Source of the DNA: Mytilus trossulus
Lineage: Eukaryota
DNA length: 64,000 bases
Assembly: GCF_036588685.1 (NCBI RefSeq)
Contig: NC_086373.1
Coordinates: 40,920,001-40,984,000 of the forward strand
Direction: 5' to 3'
Positions 23,696 through 37,600 of this stretch are shown here, piece by piece. Within the stretch, counting starts at the first letter, position 1, and every line of letters starts with the position of its first letter. The notes under the pieces are model-generated. The model ran no database searches and was not told where the DNA came from. It saw nothing but the letters and a program-made list of their open reading frames with translations. A program made the translations under genes and the position numbers.

Positions 23696-24739
23696 GTTTG
23701 GATAGTTTAACATTTAATTTCTATTAAGAAATATAATGAAATATAAACTGATTTTCGTGTGAAACTTGTTTTTCATGTTTACAATAACTTAAGTTAGCAT
23801 TATATAGTACTTATGGTTTGCGTTAATCTACTTGTCTGTAGGTGTTAATCCTCTTCTTCCGAATCGTTAATATTGTATGCAAAGAAACGCATGAGCAAAT
23901 AGATGATTTGCATAGGTTAAACTTGGATTAACACCATTTTCAGTTGAACTTACTCTTGATCTGGTCTACATTGTATTAAAGTATATTTGCGATATATTCT
24001 ATCGTCCACTGCATGTAATACTCTTTATTATTGATATTAAATGTTGAACAAATGTTTCAATGTACGTAGCAGAAAATGTCACATATAGTGTGAAATATCA
24101 ATGCTGATTATCATATTTCAAATTGCACAAGAGAGTTAATGGGTGCACGCACCAAATTTTTGGGCCGGAAATATGGATGTTTTTGGTGTAACAAAAGTGC
24201 AAAATGTTATATAAACAATCTTTATATTGAGTTGACTTTAATCCTCAATTGACAGAACTGGTTCAATCCTATTAGTTATGATAATGCTTTAAGATATAAC
24301 TAAATTGTGCAGTTGATGAAATCAAATATTTTTTTAATAATTACAGTTGATGAAATGGAATATCATCTAATTCATTTTCAAGAATTGATTTTGAAACTCT
24401 ATCAAAGTTGCATCTACTGACAAAATATTTGCATTCCTAATATCAGATAAGGACTTAAACGCAGCCTTTCACTTCATTTCCTCATCAATGAATTTTATGT
24501 CAAGATGACATATTTTTTAGGACCCTCGATTCTGACAATCACAGACGCATCTACTGAAAAAATATTATTCAACCACGGGTTGTATCTCAGAAATGGACTC
24601 TAACGCAAACTTTAATCAGTCACTTATATGTGAAATGTAGGTCAAGATAACCTTATTTTTATCAGGACCCCTTGGTTATTCAAGATGCACCTTGAATGAA
24701 CAAAATCTCATGAACTATAACTATAACACAGATAGATGG

Positions 24740-25027
24740 GGAATCGCGGTGTAGTGGTTAGTGCGTCGGACTACTTACACAAATGTTCCTGGTTCGATCC
24801 CCGTTATGGCTCTCCCTTGACACCGTTTGCGAGTGTGGTCGATAAATGGCTGACCCGTGTTTAGAGAGAGCCATATCTCTTGCACGTAAAAGACACCAAT
24901 GAAGATTTCGTAAGAGAGAAGGCTACTTCCGCTTAAAGGCAGCACTCGCACCCGCAAAGTGGAAAGAGATTAATATAAGTTGCAATAACTTGTTTCCAAA
25001 TCCACTATAAATAAATATGTTTAAACT
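24740..25027 (+). mobile_element. tRNA-derived SINE with 10-bp TSD, nested in a decayed HINE-like element (~24380-25100)
   Basis: A box GGTGTAGTGG and B box GGTTCGATCCC; central GCACGTAAAAGA block; direct repeat AGATAGATGG at 24730-24739 and 25028-25037. Confidence 0.8.
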
Positions 25028-27511
25028 AGATAGATGGACTTTAACTCTATGATGGACAGATGAAACACTAATTCCCTTCCTCAACTTCGTTTGACAAAAA
25101 ATCGTAAAGCAAATAAATATCAAATTATTCCACTCAGTAAAGGTTGAGAAATCCTAGACATACATGTAATGTTTTCATTTCTATTCGCATTAGGTGAAAT
25201 TTATAAGTATCAACACACAGTCATACAAATAGAAGTGTAGTTTTGTATGATATTTAACCATGAGTTCTACTCAAACCAATGTGAAGGGTCAACTTGAACT
25301 GACTACCACTTATGAAAAATATTTGTCATTGTTGAATGCCTGATGGTGACATGAAGATGAAAGACATCTATAAAAACTTTTCATATTTGGATTTTACCAT
25401 GTATTGTCTCATGTACATTTACTCCATATCCCCTTCATATTTATATTGGGTATACGAGAGACTAAATAACTGCTTCATACTACAACTCAAAATCAGGAAG
25501 CTTCAGACAGTATTGTAAATTATTCTTTTCGTAACAACTGACAAAACCTTGACAAAATGTTTTCATTTCAATCTGTTTGGCTGCAGTTGAATTGCAAAGT
25601 ATTAACAAACACCAAGTGGATATTTCAGAGGTTTGAAACTCACTTTCAGTTACTGAAACATGTAACCTATAAAAACTATATATAAAGATATCTTTATTCT
25701 GATTATTTTTCTAAATGATGAAAACTGTATATACTATAATCAAAATAGAATATAAATTGAGAGAAAAACGCAAACTATAAATCGTTTCCCATGTTCCAAC
25801 GACGAGTACCTTGTTTACATTTCTAAAAATAACCTGGTTTGTGAAATCCCCTAATACAGGTCACGCATTCTGTGAAAATTCATTTTCATAAATGTTTTGC
25901 ATCTTATTCTTAAATAAAAATTAATAAAAAATGTATTTATTTCAATTACCTAAAATCTTTTATTTTCATATACATTTCATATAAATAATAATGTACATCC
26001 GCAGAAACTCATGTAACAATCTCAAACCCATATCATATAACGGACCGGACGGACCATAATGAAGGTCTATATGGATGTATTTAACGTGTAGAAAAGCTAT
26101 CATAAAGTTTTAACAAATAATACACGCAAGCTTACCTTTCCTCGAGTGCAAACAGGGTTGATTTATTAGGGCTACATGATGGTGCCATGTATTGAGCAAA
26201 AAAATATAATGCCTTATAAATAAACATAATGTGTTATCTATTTATGTACCTTAATGTTTGGTTATGTTTTTTTTATTTTATTCAAAACGGTAACATGTCG
26301 TTATACTTGTTCTGTTGTTACTTGTTATTATATACTTTTACCAAAACACAAACAAGATCTTTTTATGTATTGCTAGCATTGTATACATGACTTCTAAATT
26401 TGATTTGATGTTTCAGTAGTTGCCTTTTCATAGAACTATTATTGGCTGTCCACACCTTCTGTTGTTTAAATATAGACTGTTACAAGGGGGATAACAAGAT
26501 TTTTTTTATATATAAAGACGATTAATAAAAACGCTGTTAAGTCATACTCTTCGTAGTGTCAATCACAATAAAGCTGCCTAGACGCTCATCTAGATATTTT
26601 GTTTTACAAAATCCTTTTTTCATAATATTAAATATGACATTTGAACATGCAAGGTGACTTGTGTCGTTTTGAGCACTGAAAGTTTGAATATATTTTTTTC
26701 TTGATTACCTGAATTTCTGTTAAAATGACCTTATTAATAAAGGTTTTGATATATACTCTTTATTTTGATGGAAAAAAACTTTTGTTATTTAACAAGAAAC
26801 AATCTCGAACAATATGAAATGTATTCACCAAAGACAGTTGCAGTTTGAAAATTAAAAAAACTTGTTAAGCCTCGCATTTTATCTAAATTTTTTACTGTCT
26901 CGATAGGAGAAATATCGTAACACACTCAATCCAGTGGTATAGTATATATAAATATATATCAACCAAAGACCAAAGGACGTAGATTTTAGCAAATATATGT
27001 CACCGAATGGTCTTGATAAATGAGCACGACCAATATCATGTAGTAAGCTATACGTACTGACGAAATGTGAAACAAGTAAACGAGGAAACAGACGGGCTGT
27101 TCTATGCTACAAATATAAATTGAAAACACATATGGCAAATACATAAAGAATATTGATTATTTTTGCAAGTGCTCAATCCTCTCCATACCAGGCGACAGCA
27201 AACCATAAGAACAAACTGTAACAATCAGTTGAAAAGGGCTATCCTCATTAGATCGGTACAAAGTACAAAAGAAAAAAACCAACAAAAAGACAATTGACAT
27301 ATTCGTTTAAATTATTGTTTTTGCATAGAGCAGGTCTTCGGTTTTTCTTGTTGTATTTATTTATAATTTACATTTTGGAAGTCTTATAAGTTTTGACAGT
27401 CGCATTTTTTCTTATTGTTCGAGACTTCGTTGTTTTCATTGCTTGATATTTTTGGTCATTGTTTTTATGGTACTTGTGTTATTATATCGTTAATTTTTCG
27501 TTAAAAAAAAT

Positions 27512-27990
27512 CGGAATGGAAATGGAGAATGTGAAAAAGAGACAACAACCCGACTAGAGAATAAAATACAATCGAAGGCCACCAATAGGTCTTCAACACA
27601 TCGAGAAAATTCCGCACCCGAACGCGTGTTTTAGCTGGCTACTAAACAAAAATGTGTACAACTCCGAAACATTTAAAGGTATTTCTTTTTTCTACAATGG
27701 CTAGAGGTATAGGTTGCGTTTTTGCGGCTGTCCCAAGTCAGGAGCCTCTGGCCTTTGTTAATCTTGTATGATTTTTTATTTTAGTTCATTTATATGTTTT
27801 GGAGTTTAGTATGACGTCCATTTTCACTGAACTAGTACACCTTTTTAATTAGAGGTCAGCTGATGTCTACCTCCGGGTGCGGGGTTTTCTCGCTGCGTTG
27901 AAGACCCATTTGTGGCATTCAGCTGTTATCTGCTCATTGGTCAAGTTGATTTCTCTTTGACATATTCCCTATTTCCATTCTCAATTTTAT
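27512..27990. repeat. Two oppositely oriented fragments (27512-27660 minus; 27690-27990 plus) of the repeat family also at 40705-41060
   Basis: GAATGGAAATGGAGAATGTG..GAGACAACAACCCGAC..GGTCTTCAA..CCGCACCCG is the reverse complement of the 27870-27990 and 40940-41060 blocks. The plus copy has an internally deleted twister-like motif. Confidence 0.75.
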
Positions 27991-28492
27991 TAGACTCTAT
28001 ACATCAAGACCATCATGTATTTTTTGTGAAGTTGATATGGAATATTTATGAACAAGGTCTTGGTATTTTTCGATGATTTTTTTTTGGAAAAGAAAGATGC
28101 GTTCTTTGGCATAACTCTGGTTAATTACTTTTATGCTCAGACACTGGTAACGTGTCATAAAATATGAGTAGCAGCTGCAAGTTAAATAATAAGATCGCAT
28201 TCACATTATAAAATATTGTTGATTCAGTCAATAAAACTTTGACGCTACTTGAAAAAATCCGGAATGTCCTCGAAAAAAACGGACATCTGATATTTAAACT
28301 AAATGCGAGCTTATTCATCCAAACTACAAGTCTTTCGCTAAAATTCTGTAAATGAAAGTAGATGTAGATTCTATGAACGCATTATCGTTGATTTGTACAT
28401 TCGTATGTGGAAAAAAGTAGTTCTATTTAACATTTCTAAGAATATATATATATATAAGTTGTGTTACTACAAATATTTTGTTGTTGATAGGT

Positions 28493-28600
28493 AATAGTTA
28501 TCCCATGAGGACGCGGTGTGTCAGTGTAAGATCACCCCGATGGCCGGATGCCAGAGGGTGATCTTACACTGACACACCACGTCCGAATGGGATAAATATT
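28493..28600. repeat. ~100-bp near-perfect GC-rich palindrome, probably one end of a non-autonomous DNA element reaching ~29265
   Basis: TTATCCCAT..GGACG(C)GGTGTGTCAGTGTAAGATCACCC / GGGTGATCTTACACTGACACACC(A)CGTCC..ATGGGATAA. The adjacent TTACATCCTAGCT is mirrored by AGCTGGGATGTAA at ~29240. Confidence 0.7.
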
Positions 28601-30021
28601 TTACATCCTAGCTGTTTTAGATTGGACGAACAATCATTTACAATTCATAAAATCTAGTTTAGAACGCCACACAACCATTATAATATAGTTTTACTTTATA
28701 TATTACTATATAATATATACCCTTTATGACACCCGAACACGATGTTTAAATATGAAACCATTAACTCGGCCCACTGGCCAATCGGCCCACACTAAGTCGC
28801 TACTTTCTAAAACATCGCCCTGCTCTTTTTTACCGACTAGCCCAACTTATGAAAAGGGTAAAATCCCAATGAACAATCAGTCTGACAACTCGCCTTATTT
28901 ATGAAAACGGTTAAAATCCCCCTGATTAAAGGTCTGCCAACTCGCCCCACTTTAAATATGTTAAATTACTGATAGTTGGTATCCAGTCGTTTTGGTGTAG
29001 GGGTATGTGTCGTGGGTTAATATGGTAAAGGTCTTGAGTTCGAACCCCAGCATAGACAATGGTGTTTTTCTACATAAATTTTGAAAGTGTGTCTTTTCTC
29101 AATAAATAATTTTAAGTTTTATTGTGGATTAGGCATTCACGCCAAAATGTTACAAAACAAAGGAAAGCATGCAAAACAAAGAAACTCAAGCTGGGATGAT
29201 CTGAAAGGGATGATCAGGCTCAGATCACCCCTGGTAGAACAAAGGAGCTGGGATGTAATTATGTTAATCACATATATCATATACCTCTTAGGTTTATTGT
29301 GAACCTCCGGTTTCAATTCTTACCAGTGAAACCGGTTTGTTACATTAACCAATATATTCAAAGAAAAAACCTGGTCACATTCGAAACAAAAGTTCAGTTC
29401 ACTCGAGAAAAATACACGATGAAAACAGACACTACATTAACCGGAAAATTGCTTTGATTTTATCCAAAGATAGAAATTAACTGTATATTCTTTTGAATTA
29501 TTCACATTTCAATACATCAATTCACGGTTTCCATTCCATAAATTTGATATAATAATTATTTATTATTTTAAGTGAAAGCAAACGGATTGCTTTTATTACG
29601 TTTCAATTATTTGAAGGCTGTATGGAAATTATTTATGACTTTATATATTTTCAATAGAATCTTAACATGTATTATCCTTTAAAACAAGATATCCGACACC
29701 TTCAAATGGGAGCATACTTTTAAAACAACAATTGTCTCGATCTTTCTTTTTTATCATGTTTAAATGCCGAAACTTGACGTCAAAAGTCTGACAATTGAGC
29801 ACACGCATTTATCTATAACAAATATATATAATTATATATAATATATAATATATAGTTCAGTCTAGGCGGCTGTCAAATTGATGATAACTGCTTTGACTTA
29901 GATTATCATATTTGATATATTGCATACTTAAACATGGTTTCAAATTACTAAAAAAGATAAATAAACAACCATGCATAGTCTTGTTATAATACATTATTGA
30001 GTGATTTAGACAAGACGTCAT

Positions 30022-30467
30022 GGTTACAAGAGCGCAATTATTCGTAATGCATTTTCCATAGGGTACCACTGGTGTTCCGTATTTTTTTTTCTCAAAGAAT
30101 ACACAAACTAGTGAAAAACTGGTAGCAGTTTCTGTTACTAGAAATGCCAGTGTTGCATTACAACCAAAAACATATATAGGGTCATGCGACAGAAACTGAC
30201 TTAAAATGCAGTTGAAAATAATGGTGTTTTTTTTTCGGTTAATGAAAAAGGCATATTTTTAATGGCTCCGACGTGCAGAAATGGAAGATATTTTCTATAC
30301 TTCGTAAAATGTGAATATGATTTTCTGCAATTTTTAAACCTAATTGGATAAGCTTTCGTTTAAATGTAATTCTAATCCTGTATAATCCAATCAGAAGCAG
30401 TATAGGATTCTTTTCTGAGTACCATCTTGCCGGTAAAATGTAAACAAATAATTGCGCTCTTGTTACC
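30022..30467. mobile_element. MITE with ~33-bp TIRs
   Basis: GGTTACAAGAGCGCAATTATT.. / ..AATAATTGCGCTCTTGTTACC; TCAT flanks both ends (30018-30021, 30468-30471). Superfamily not assigned. Confidence 0.55.
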
Positions 30468-31430
30468 TCATATAATAACCATCGAGATTACCATCGAACA
30501 CTCCTACTAGTCATTCGTATTGATATAAACATAAATATCAATATAAATAGACGGACAAACACGTGGAGCTTTGTAAATACGATTTGCACAGGTCTGTTTG
30601 ACTTTATGTCATAGATTGAAACATGTACCTGTATATAAATGATTTCTGGTGAGGCGAATCAGTCAAAGAAATACTGTTGTTCTTTCTGGTTGCTCTCTTG
30701 TTTAACATTTCAATGTGGACATTATTTTCTTTTTAATAACTTAAGGCATTGGTAGGCAATCAACAGCCAAAAGGTTATGTTATGATTATATGAACACGAT
30801 TTCATATCAAAATGAATTGTTGGATTTCAAGCCAATAATACATTGGCGATTTTTGTTTGACCAAAAACCGAGCTGATTACTGATGACGAAACATAATTTC
30901 CATGTTCAACTTATATGGATATTTTAATCAAACACAAAAATATTTTGGTTATTAGTCTAAATCGCAGCTAATGCCCATTCAACAGTAAATAGAGACAAGT
31001 GCCTAGAAATTAAGATTATACAAAATATATTCAATGTACTACAAAACAACTTTTAGAACAGGGAAGAAATGCCATTTATAACAATGCTAGTATAAAATTA
31101 ATAATTAGAGAAGCAAACCCTTACGACGTGTATAACGGACGGACGGCGGGGGATGACGATCTTAAACTCATCTTTTGTCAGATAAAATAATCTGCTAAAC
31201 ATATTTTGATACTATTTATTTGGAGTATCGTATCTTGTACCAACGCATATTCATATCTTGATCCTTGATAATGTATATCATAATATTTTAATTATGTGAT
31301 TGTCTATCTAGCACGCATAAAGCATGTAAAGGGCCAACCCGTGGTAAAATCACGATATATTCAAGCCCCCATGAATTATTTCTTAATTCACTTCAATCAT
31401 TTGAAGAATTTCTATTTACAACCGAACGTA

Positions 31431-32519
31431 TTAGATCAGACTGTCTGTCATTTTAGCGACATGAATTTTTCCGTAGTCCTCATTTTTTCCTTTACCACTT
31501 CCAATTAATAAATATCCTTCTGTGTCAAAGCATACACAATATGGCCTGGTTATGCCCAAGTCTTTGAAAATTAATTGCAACCCAAGTAGATCTCCTTTCA
31601 AGTTTATAACATGTAGAGCATCGTTTCCCCTGTCTGCAACTACAACGTTATCACTTGCCGTAATAGTAAATCCCTCTGGTTGAAATGTTTCTAAATCGTC
31701 TTGCCCGTCGTAGGTAAATCTTAAGCGACCATGTCTATCCACAGCTACTATTCTACCATTGTGGTCAGTGTCAAAACGATCAATGACATACACAATATTT
31801 CTAGAATCAGTGCGGATGCGTGCTACATAACTGAACAATTTATTTCCTTCTTTGTCAACTTCTAATGTTACTCTCCGCTGATAATCACTACCGAAAATTA
31901 TTACCTGTCTGACCGAAAAATCCTGGGCTGGATGAGGTGGTCCTTGTTCTCGTAATCCAACTATTACTTCATTGTCTTTGTTTACATGTATCGCCAAAGG
32001 CAGCATCGGAAAAGTGTCTAAAACAGTCTTGACTTCACCCGCAGGTGATAAAATTTGTATTTTGTGGTCACGATGTTCAATCAAAAGTATTTCACCGTCT
32101 TTTTTTATTGCAAAGTCAAATATTTTTCTCTTCAACGTCTGTAATGTCTTTATTGATGATTCTAAACGTTTCCCTTTCACAAATTGATGTTTGTCAGACG
32201 TTTTCTGGTTAAATTTGAAGTATAGCAAATCGTCATCCGAACAAAGTAAAGTATGAACAGCAGGCAGAGAAGTTGTGTATGAATTGAAAACGGATGAAAT
32301 AACTACAGACGATACTGGTGATGATTTGCTGATATCCTGAATAGACACAACGTCATGATCTTGTGCAGATTGAAGTCCTTGGTGGACACTTTCTTTACAG
32401 GAGTTACACATGCGAACATTGCAATCTTCACATTTCCACAGTATTTCTTGACCTTTGCAAAAATAGCATGAAATTGGCACTTGTGCTTTTCTTATACTTG
32501 TATTCCCTGATGTCGCCAT
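31431..32519 (-). CDS. B-box zinc finger + NHL-like beta-propeller protein (TRIM-NHL-like, no RING or coiled coil), paralog 1, intact
   Basis: 362 aa. CYFC..WKCEDCNVRMCNSCKESVH..QDH B-box, followed within ~20 aa by propeller blades (PLAIHVNKDNEVIV, IRTDSRNIVYVID, FQPEGFTITASDNVVVAD, PYCVCFDTEGYLLIG). Confidence 0.92.
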   Translation of the reverse strand: MATSGNTSIRKAQVPISCYFCKGQEILWKCEDCNVRMCNSCKESVHQGLQSAQDHDVVSIQDISKSSPVSSVVISSVFNSYTTSLPAVHTLLCSDDDLLYFKFNQKTSDKHQFVKGKRLESSIKTLQTLKRKIFDFAIKKDGEILLIEHRDHKIQILSPAGEVKTVLDTFPMLPLAIHVNKDNEVIVGLREQGPPHPAQDFSVRQVIIFGSDYQRRVTLEVDKEGNKLFSYVARIRTDSRNIVYVIDRFDTDHNGRIVAVDRHGRLRFTYDGQDDLETFQPEGFTITASDNVVVADRGNDALHVINLKGDLLGLQLIFKDLGITRPYCVCFDTEGYLLIGSGKGKNEDYGKIHVAKMTDSLI

Positions 32520-32545
32520 TTTTACAGTAAAATAAACATCAAAAC

Positions 32546-32563
32546 GTCACGTGTTTCACTTTC
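32546..32563 (-). promoter_or_regulatory. Candidate IRF element (GAAAGTGAAA) abutting E-box CACGTGAC upstream of paralog 1
   Basis: Matches the ISRE/IRF-E consensus GAAANNGAAA. The module recurs at a similar offset upstream of paralogs 2 and 4. Confidence 0.5.
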
Positions 32564-33377
32564 TACTTCGTTGTAAGTAGGTAAAACAAGTTGAATACTA
32601 TAGAAATGTGTAATGTTATCCCATTTAAAGTTTGTCTTCTCATGATCTAAACATGAAGAAAAGTATTTGTATAAAGTTTAAAGATAAATACATTATAGAA
32701 TATAAAGACTACGTTTTAAATCGTATTTTTTGGCTTTAACACAACAAGGTATTGTTTGAAGAATTGCTATTGTCATATTTGAAATAACTTTTTTCATAAA
32801 CGAAGGAGCTGTATTATATGATGCTCAAAATGCATTTTAAAACAAACAATTGTGTTGAATTTATGTTCTTTCTTTTACCATGCGATAGAGCACTCACTCA
32901 ATTTTACTACGCGTATGGAAATGGACAGCAGAAGGTCTAACTACATGCTTAACTGTCAAATAGTATGATTTCTTTTTAACAGGGAAAGTCCGCGATTTTT
33001 TACTTTCATTTAAATATGTTCATCTTAACATAAAAAACACATTCACAAAGTTTTAAATTTATATTCCTTCTAAAAACGGAGAAAATCAAGTATTTGTTAC
33101 TTTTTGGTTGACGTACATTTTGTACGTGAGTGGGTTGTGACGTTTTAACCCGATTTGTTGAATCCTGGGAAAAAATAAAATGTGTTAAAGTCTTAATTGC
33201 TTATCGAAATTTAACGTTCTTCAAAGCGCACAGATGGTCGTTGGTCGTCGTTAATAACCACAATATAAGAATCGTCACGTGTACCGTTTTGTATTGATTG
33301 AATAAAACTTTCTATATGAAATTATCTAAATATAAATATTTTCGAATTAATTCATAAATTATTGTTGAGATTTTTTT

Positions 33378-33451
33378 ATAAAATATCTATTGAAGATTTG
33401 TTAATAAAATATCTATTGAAGATTTGTTAATAAAATATCTATTGAAAATTT
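33378..33451. repeat. 26-bp minisatellite, ~2.8 copies
   Basis: Unit ATAAAATATCTATTGAAGATTTGTTA. Confidence 0.9.
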
Positions 33452-34180
33452 TTACTGATTTTCAACTTAAAATATTTAACGTTTTATTTACAGTTATAAC
33501 TTTGATAAACAATTTTCAATGCAAAATATGTGTGAACAGAGTGTGTATATTATTTTGTAAAGTCATTGTTTATTCCTCATTTTGAGGAGAATTCGTTTAA
33601 ACTTTACCTTGCAGCAATTTAGCCTCAGGCGTACACAGGTGTGAATGTTGTCATTTGGAATGGATTAACAGAAAGAGTATAGCGTGTTTAATATACCAAG
33701 ATGAAATACCCGATGACAATAGAGAAACAATTATTAAATTGTATAAATTAATTGAAAATAAACATTCATTTTTTTAATTCCGGAAGTGTATGCAATATTA
33801 AATGGAAAAAAATTCGATAACGTTCTATGCAATTAGCATAAAATTAAAATATGAAATTAAAAGTATCATTTCCCAATTAATAATAATTGAACATCTGTTT
33901 AATTTACTTTACTGGAATTCTTTAACTTGTACTTAAATATGGCGTTGTTTAAATGCTAACAATCGTAAATCTATCGCAATTTTAAAGTTTTTAATTGAAA
34001 AAAATACAACAGTACAACATGTTTTTTGTGGGTTTTTTTAACATTTCATTCTTGCATAATTCAATCCAACTGACAATCACTTAAACGAATTATTTGTAAA
34101 AAGAATACCAATTATCGTGTATTTCATTATTTCGTTTGAGGATTTTTTCACCATTTTTTTTTATATTCTATATCGTTTTA

Positions 34181-34548
34181 TAAGACCCAATAAATTCATA
34201 AGTATCATTTATCAACACCTTAAGAAACACAATCATCCTATTAAATATTTAACAGTTCAACCTTTGGAAGTAGTAAATAAGCAGCCTGGTGAATCTTATT
34301 CGAAGTTTGTACGATCACGGAAAATAATTGAATTAAATTGGATTAAAAAATTACAGACAGTCTACCCTCTCGGTCTTAATGATAATATCATGGGAATTGG
34401 CAATATATCAAGAACCGATTCTGTTAACATTTTGGATATAGTTTCTTAAACTGTTCGAAAAAAACGTTCTCATGGTCGTAGACAAAATCGCAATCAAAGA
34501 AAATATCGGACCAATCATACCAATATTTCGGACCTAATTGCTATTTTC
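34181..34548 (+). mobile_element. Penelope-like element fragment: end of a GIY-YIG endonuclease plus downstream linker (Naiad/Chlamys-like domain order)
   Basis: IYQHLKKHNH..VQPLE..RKIIELNWIKKLQTVYPLGLNDNIMGIGNIS..*TVRKKRSHGRRQNR; WIxxLxTxxPxGLN is the PLE endonuclease end motif. Confidence 0.7.
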
Positions 34549-34632
34549 TAATTAATATTACTATCAATATGTTTATTAATCTTTATCTATTTGAAAATTT
34601 CTATGTCCTACCCTCAAACTTTTGACTACGTA

Positions 34633-37600
34633 CTACATAACACTATCTTCAATTTTACGACATAAATTTTTCCGTATGCTTCATTAATTGTTGCCTTTAC
34701 CACATCCAATTAATAAATATCCTTCTGTGTCAATGCATAAACTAAATGAATCATTGATGCCCAAGTCTTTGAAAATGAACTATAGACCAAGTACATCTCC
34801 TTTCGAATTTATAACATGTAGTGCATCGTTACCGTAATCTACAACTACAATGTTATCGCTTGGCGTAACAGTAATTGCCTCTGGTGTAAATGTTCCTGAA
34901 TCCATTTGTCCGCCGTAGGTAAACTTTTAGCGGGCATTTCTATCTAAAGCTACTACTCCTCCGTTATGTTCATTATCCATTCAATCAAGAACATAGATAA
35001 CGTTTCAAGAATCAGTGCAAATGCGTGCTGCATAATTGAAAAAAATATTCCCTTTTTTGTCGAATTCTAATGTAACTTTCCGTTGATAATTACTACCAAA
35101 AATCATAACTTGTCTGACGGAAAAATCCTGGACCGGAAACGGTGGTCCTTTTTCTCTTATCCCAACTATTACTTCGTTATCTTTATTAACATGTATGGCT
35201 AATAACATCATTGGAGAAGTATCTAAAACAGTCTTTTCCCCACCGGCAGATGATAAAATTTGAATTAGACTGAGATCAATGTCTTTTATAAGTATGTCAT
35301 TGTTTTGGTTAATCGCAGTGTCAAATACATTTCTTTTATACGTCTGCAAATTCTGTATTGAAGATTTCAAAAGTTTTCCTTTCACCAATTGATTTTCATC
35401 CTCAAATGGTTTAGGACAATACCCGAAGTAAAGTAAATCGTCATCCGAGCAAAGTAACGTATGAACAGCAGGAAGATTAGTTGTGTATGAATTGAAAACA
35501 GACGAGATTACTACAGACGTTACCTCCAGGGAACCTGGTGACTGATTGATATCCTGAATAGAAACAACGTCATGATCTTGTGTTGACTTAAGTCCTTGGT
35601 GAACGGTAACTTTACAGGAGTTACACATACGAACATTGCAATCTACACATTTCCATTTAATCTCTTGTCCTTTGCAAAAGTAGCATGAAACTGGTACTTG
35701 TGCTTATATATTGGCGAGTTTTGGATGTGTCTATGGGCCACTCGATATCTCTCGGCCGGAAGTCAGAATAAAATTCTCGGAACGTCTCGAAAGTTTTCGG
35801 TCATTTATACAGTTCTTAACTAACCCGAATAATCCAGTCGTTATATTCCGACTCACTATCGATCACACTGAGCGATAGAGGGCGCTGAATCATTCGAGTT
35901 AAGTCTAAACAGGTTGTTATCTACGTCTTCGATGTGGTCCCTTGATGGCCCTTGACGACACAATTATATATGTTTTAAAACGACCACTGTACACTGTGTG
36001 TATCTGGGTCAATTATAACGTGGTATTGTCTGTTGTCTCGATAACATGTAAACTAATTATGTTTGAAGATTTAACCACGGGATACTGTTTATTTCATCAT
36101 AGACTTACGGGAGAGAACATTCTGGTTAAAATATTTTAAAATATTAGATCGGAAAACAGAAAGATAACATTCTTATCAAAAGTATTTAATTCAATCGGAA
36201 TTAAAGAAACATAAACAAAAACTATACTGTATTTATGTTCCTGAAGAAACTAACAATGATTGAAATCAGGCTATTTTCAGAGTTGCAATTAAGAAATAAG
36301 TATTTTATATGACAAGATACTCTGCTTTGGTATTTTTAAATATTCATTGTAAAGGAAACATAAAAATTAAATCTAAATAAATTCTTGCATCCTACAAACA
36401 ATGTTTATAAACAATAATCATTATATTTCTACGTTAATTATTTCGTACCATTTTAGTAATTAGGTTTTATGAGTAATTATTATTTATTATGTTTGTATTG
36501 TAATATATCCATAAAACGGAAAGTAAGATCAAATTAAATAATTAAATTTTAAACGGTCGTGAATAAAAATATTTGTGTGTTTTCAATTCATAAAGCATGA
36601 TTTTGAATCCTTGCAGCTCACAACAACCGTAAAAATAATTTACAATAATCACAACAAAATTTAATTACAACCATAATGTTGATTATTTTATACTGTTTTA
36701 GTATGGATTTAGAAGTCTTTGCTTATATTTTGTATTGTAATATATTCACATAGTGGAATGTTAGAATTTAAAAAAAGATTCATTCGATAAATAAAATGTC
36801 CATCCATAAATACTCGACGTTCGTGTTTATTGATATTATATATATTCAAAAGAATTTGAAAAAAAAAATAACAGGAACGTTAGATTATTATAAAATTTTA
36901 ATTCAATTTTTGTTTGTTTGTTTTAATAGTTTAACCTTATAGCATCTACATATTTGTACTATGATACGGTTTTGAAAATAGTATTCATTGTGTTGACCTA
37001 CTATCATACACGTCTTGATTCATTCCTATTATAGATCACATTTCAAAAACACACTATCGGTTTGCGTTCTCAAAAAAATTCCTGATAGAATGTCAATGAA
37101 TCCGGAGTCAAAACATTTAATGTAGGCCGTTTGACATTCGAATTCAACTATTAGATTAAGATATGTGATGACGCGAATGCGTATTCTTTTCCTGAGTATC
37201 AGTGAGATGCTTTCTATTTACTATTTCGTGCGCTGAAATACTACTTGCATGCAATACTATATCAAATTCACTCGTGAAAGCTTATTTTCGTTTTTGTTAT
37301 CTAAATTCAGGACACGACAGAAAGAGCTTTACATGTGACTTTCAAGCACCCATAAGATGTCCCAACTAATTGCAAGCCACAGGTTTCACCGCATACAACA
37401 TCTACCATGAGTAAAGACAGCTTCAAATACGAGTTGAGAATATAAAGGCATTCATGTAGGAAACAAAATATAAAGATATGATAGATAAAATAAATGCATC
37501 CAGCATTCCAGATTATAAAGCAAACTGAGTGCATAAATTCATATTGCGATAGGTTTGTGCAATTTGCATAAGTCATCCGGTTAGTAGAAATTAGGATTTG

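Noticed and set aside
24740-24810. tRNA gene
   Set aside because: It has A and B boxes but no acceptor stem; it continues into a SINE body and is flanked by a TSD.
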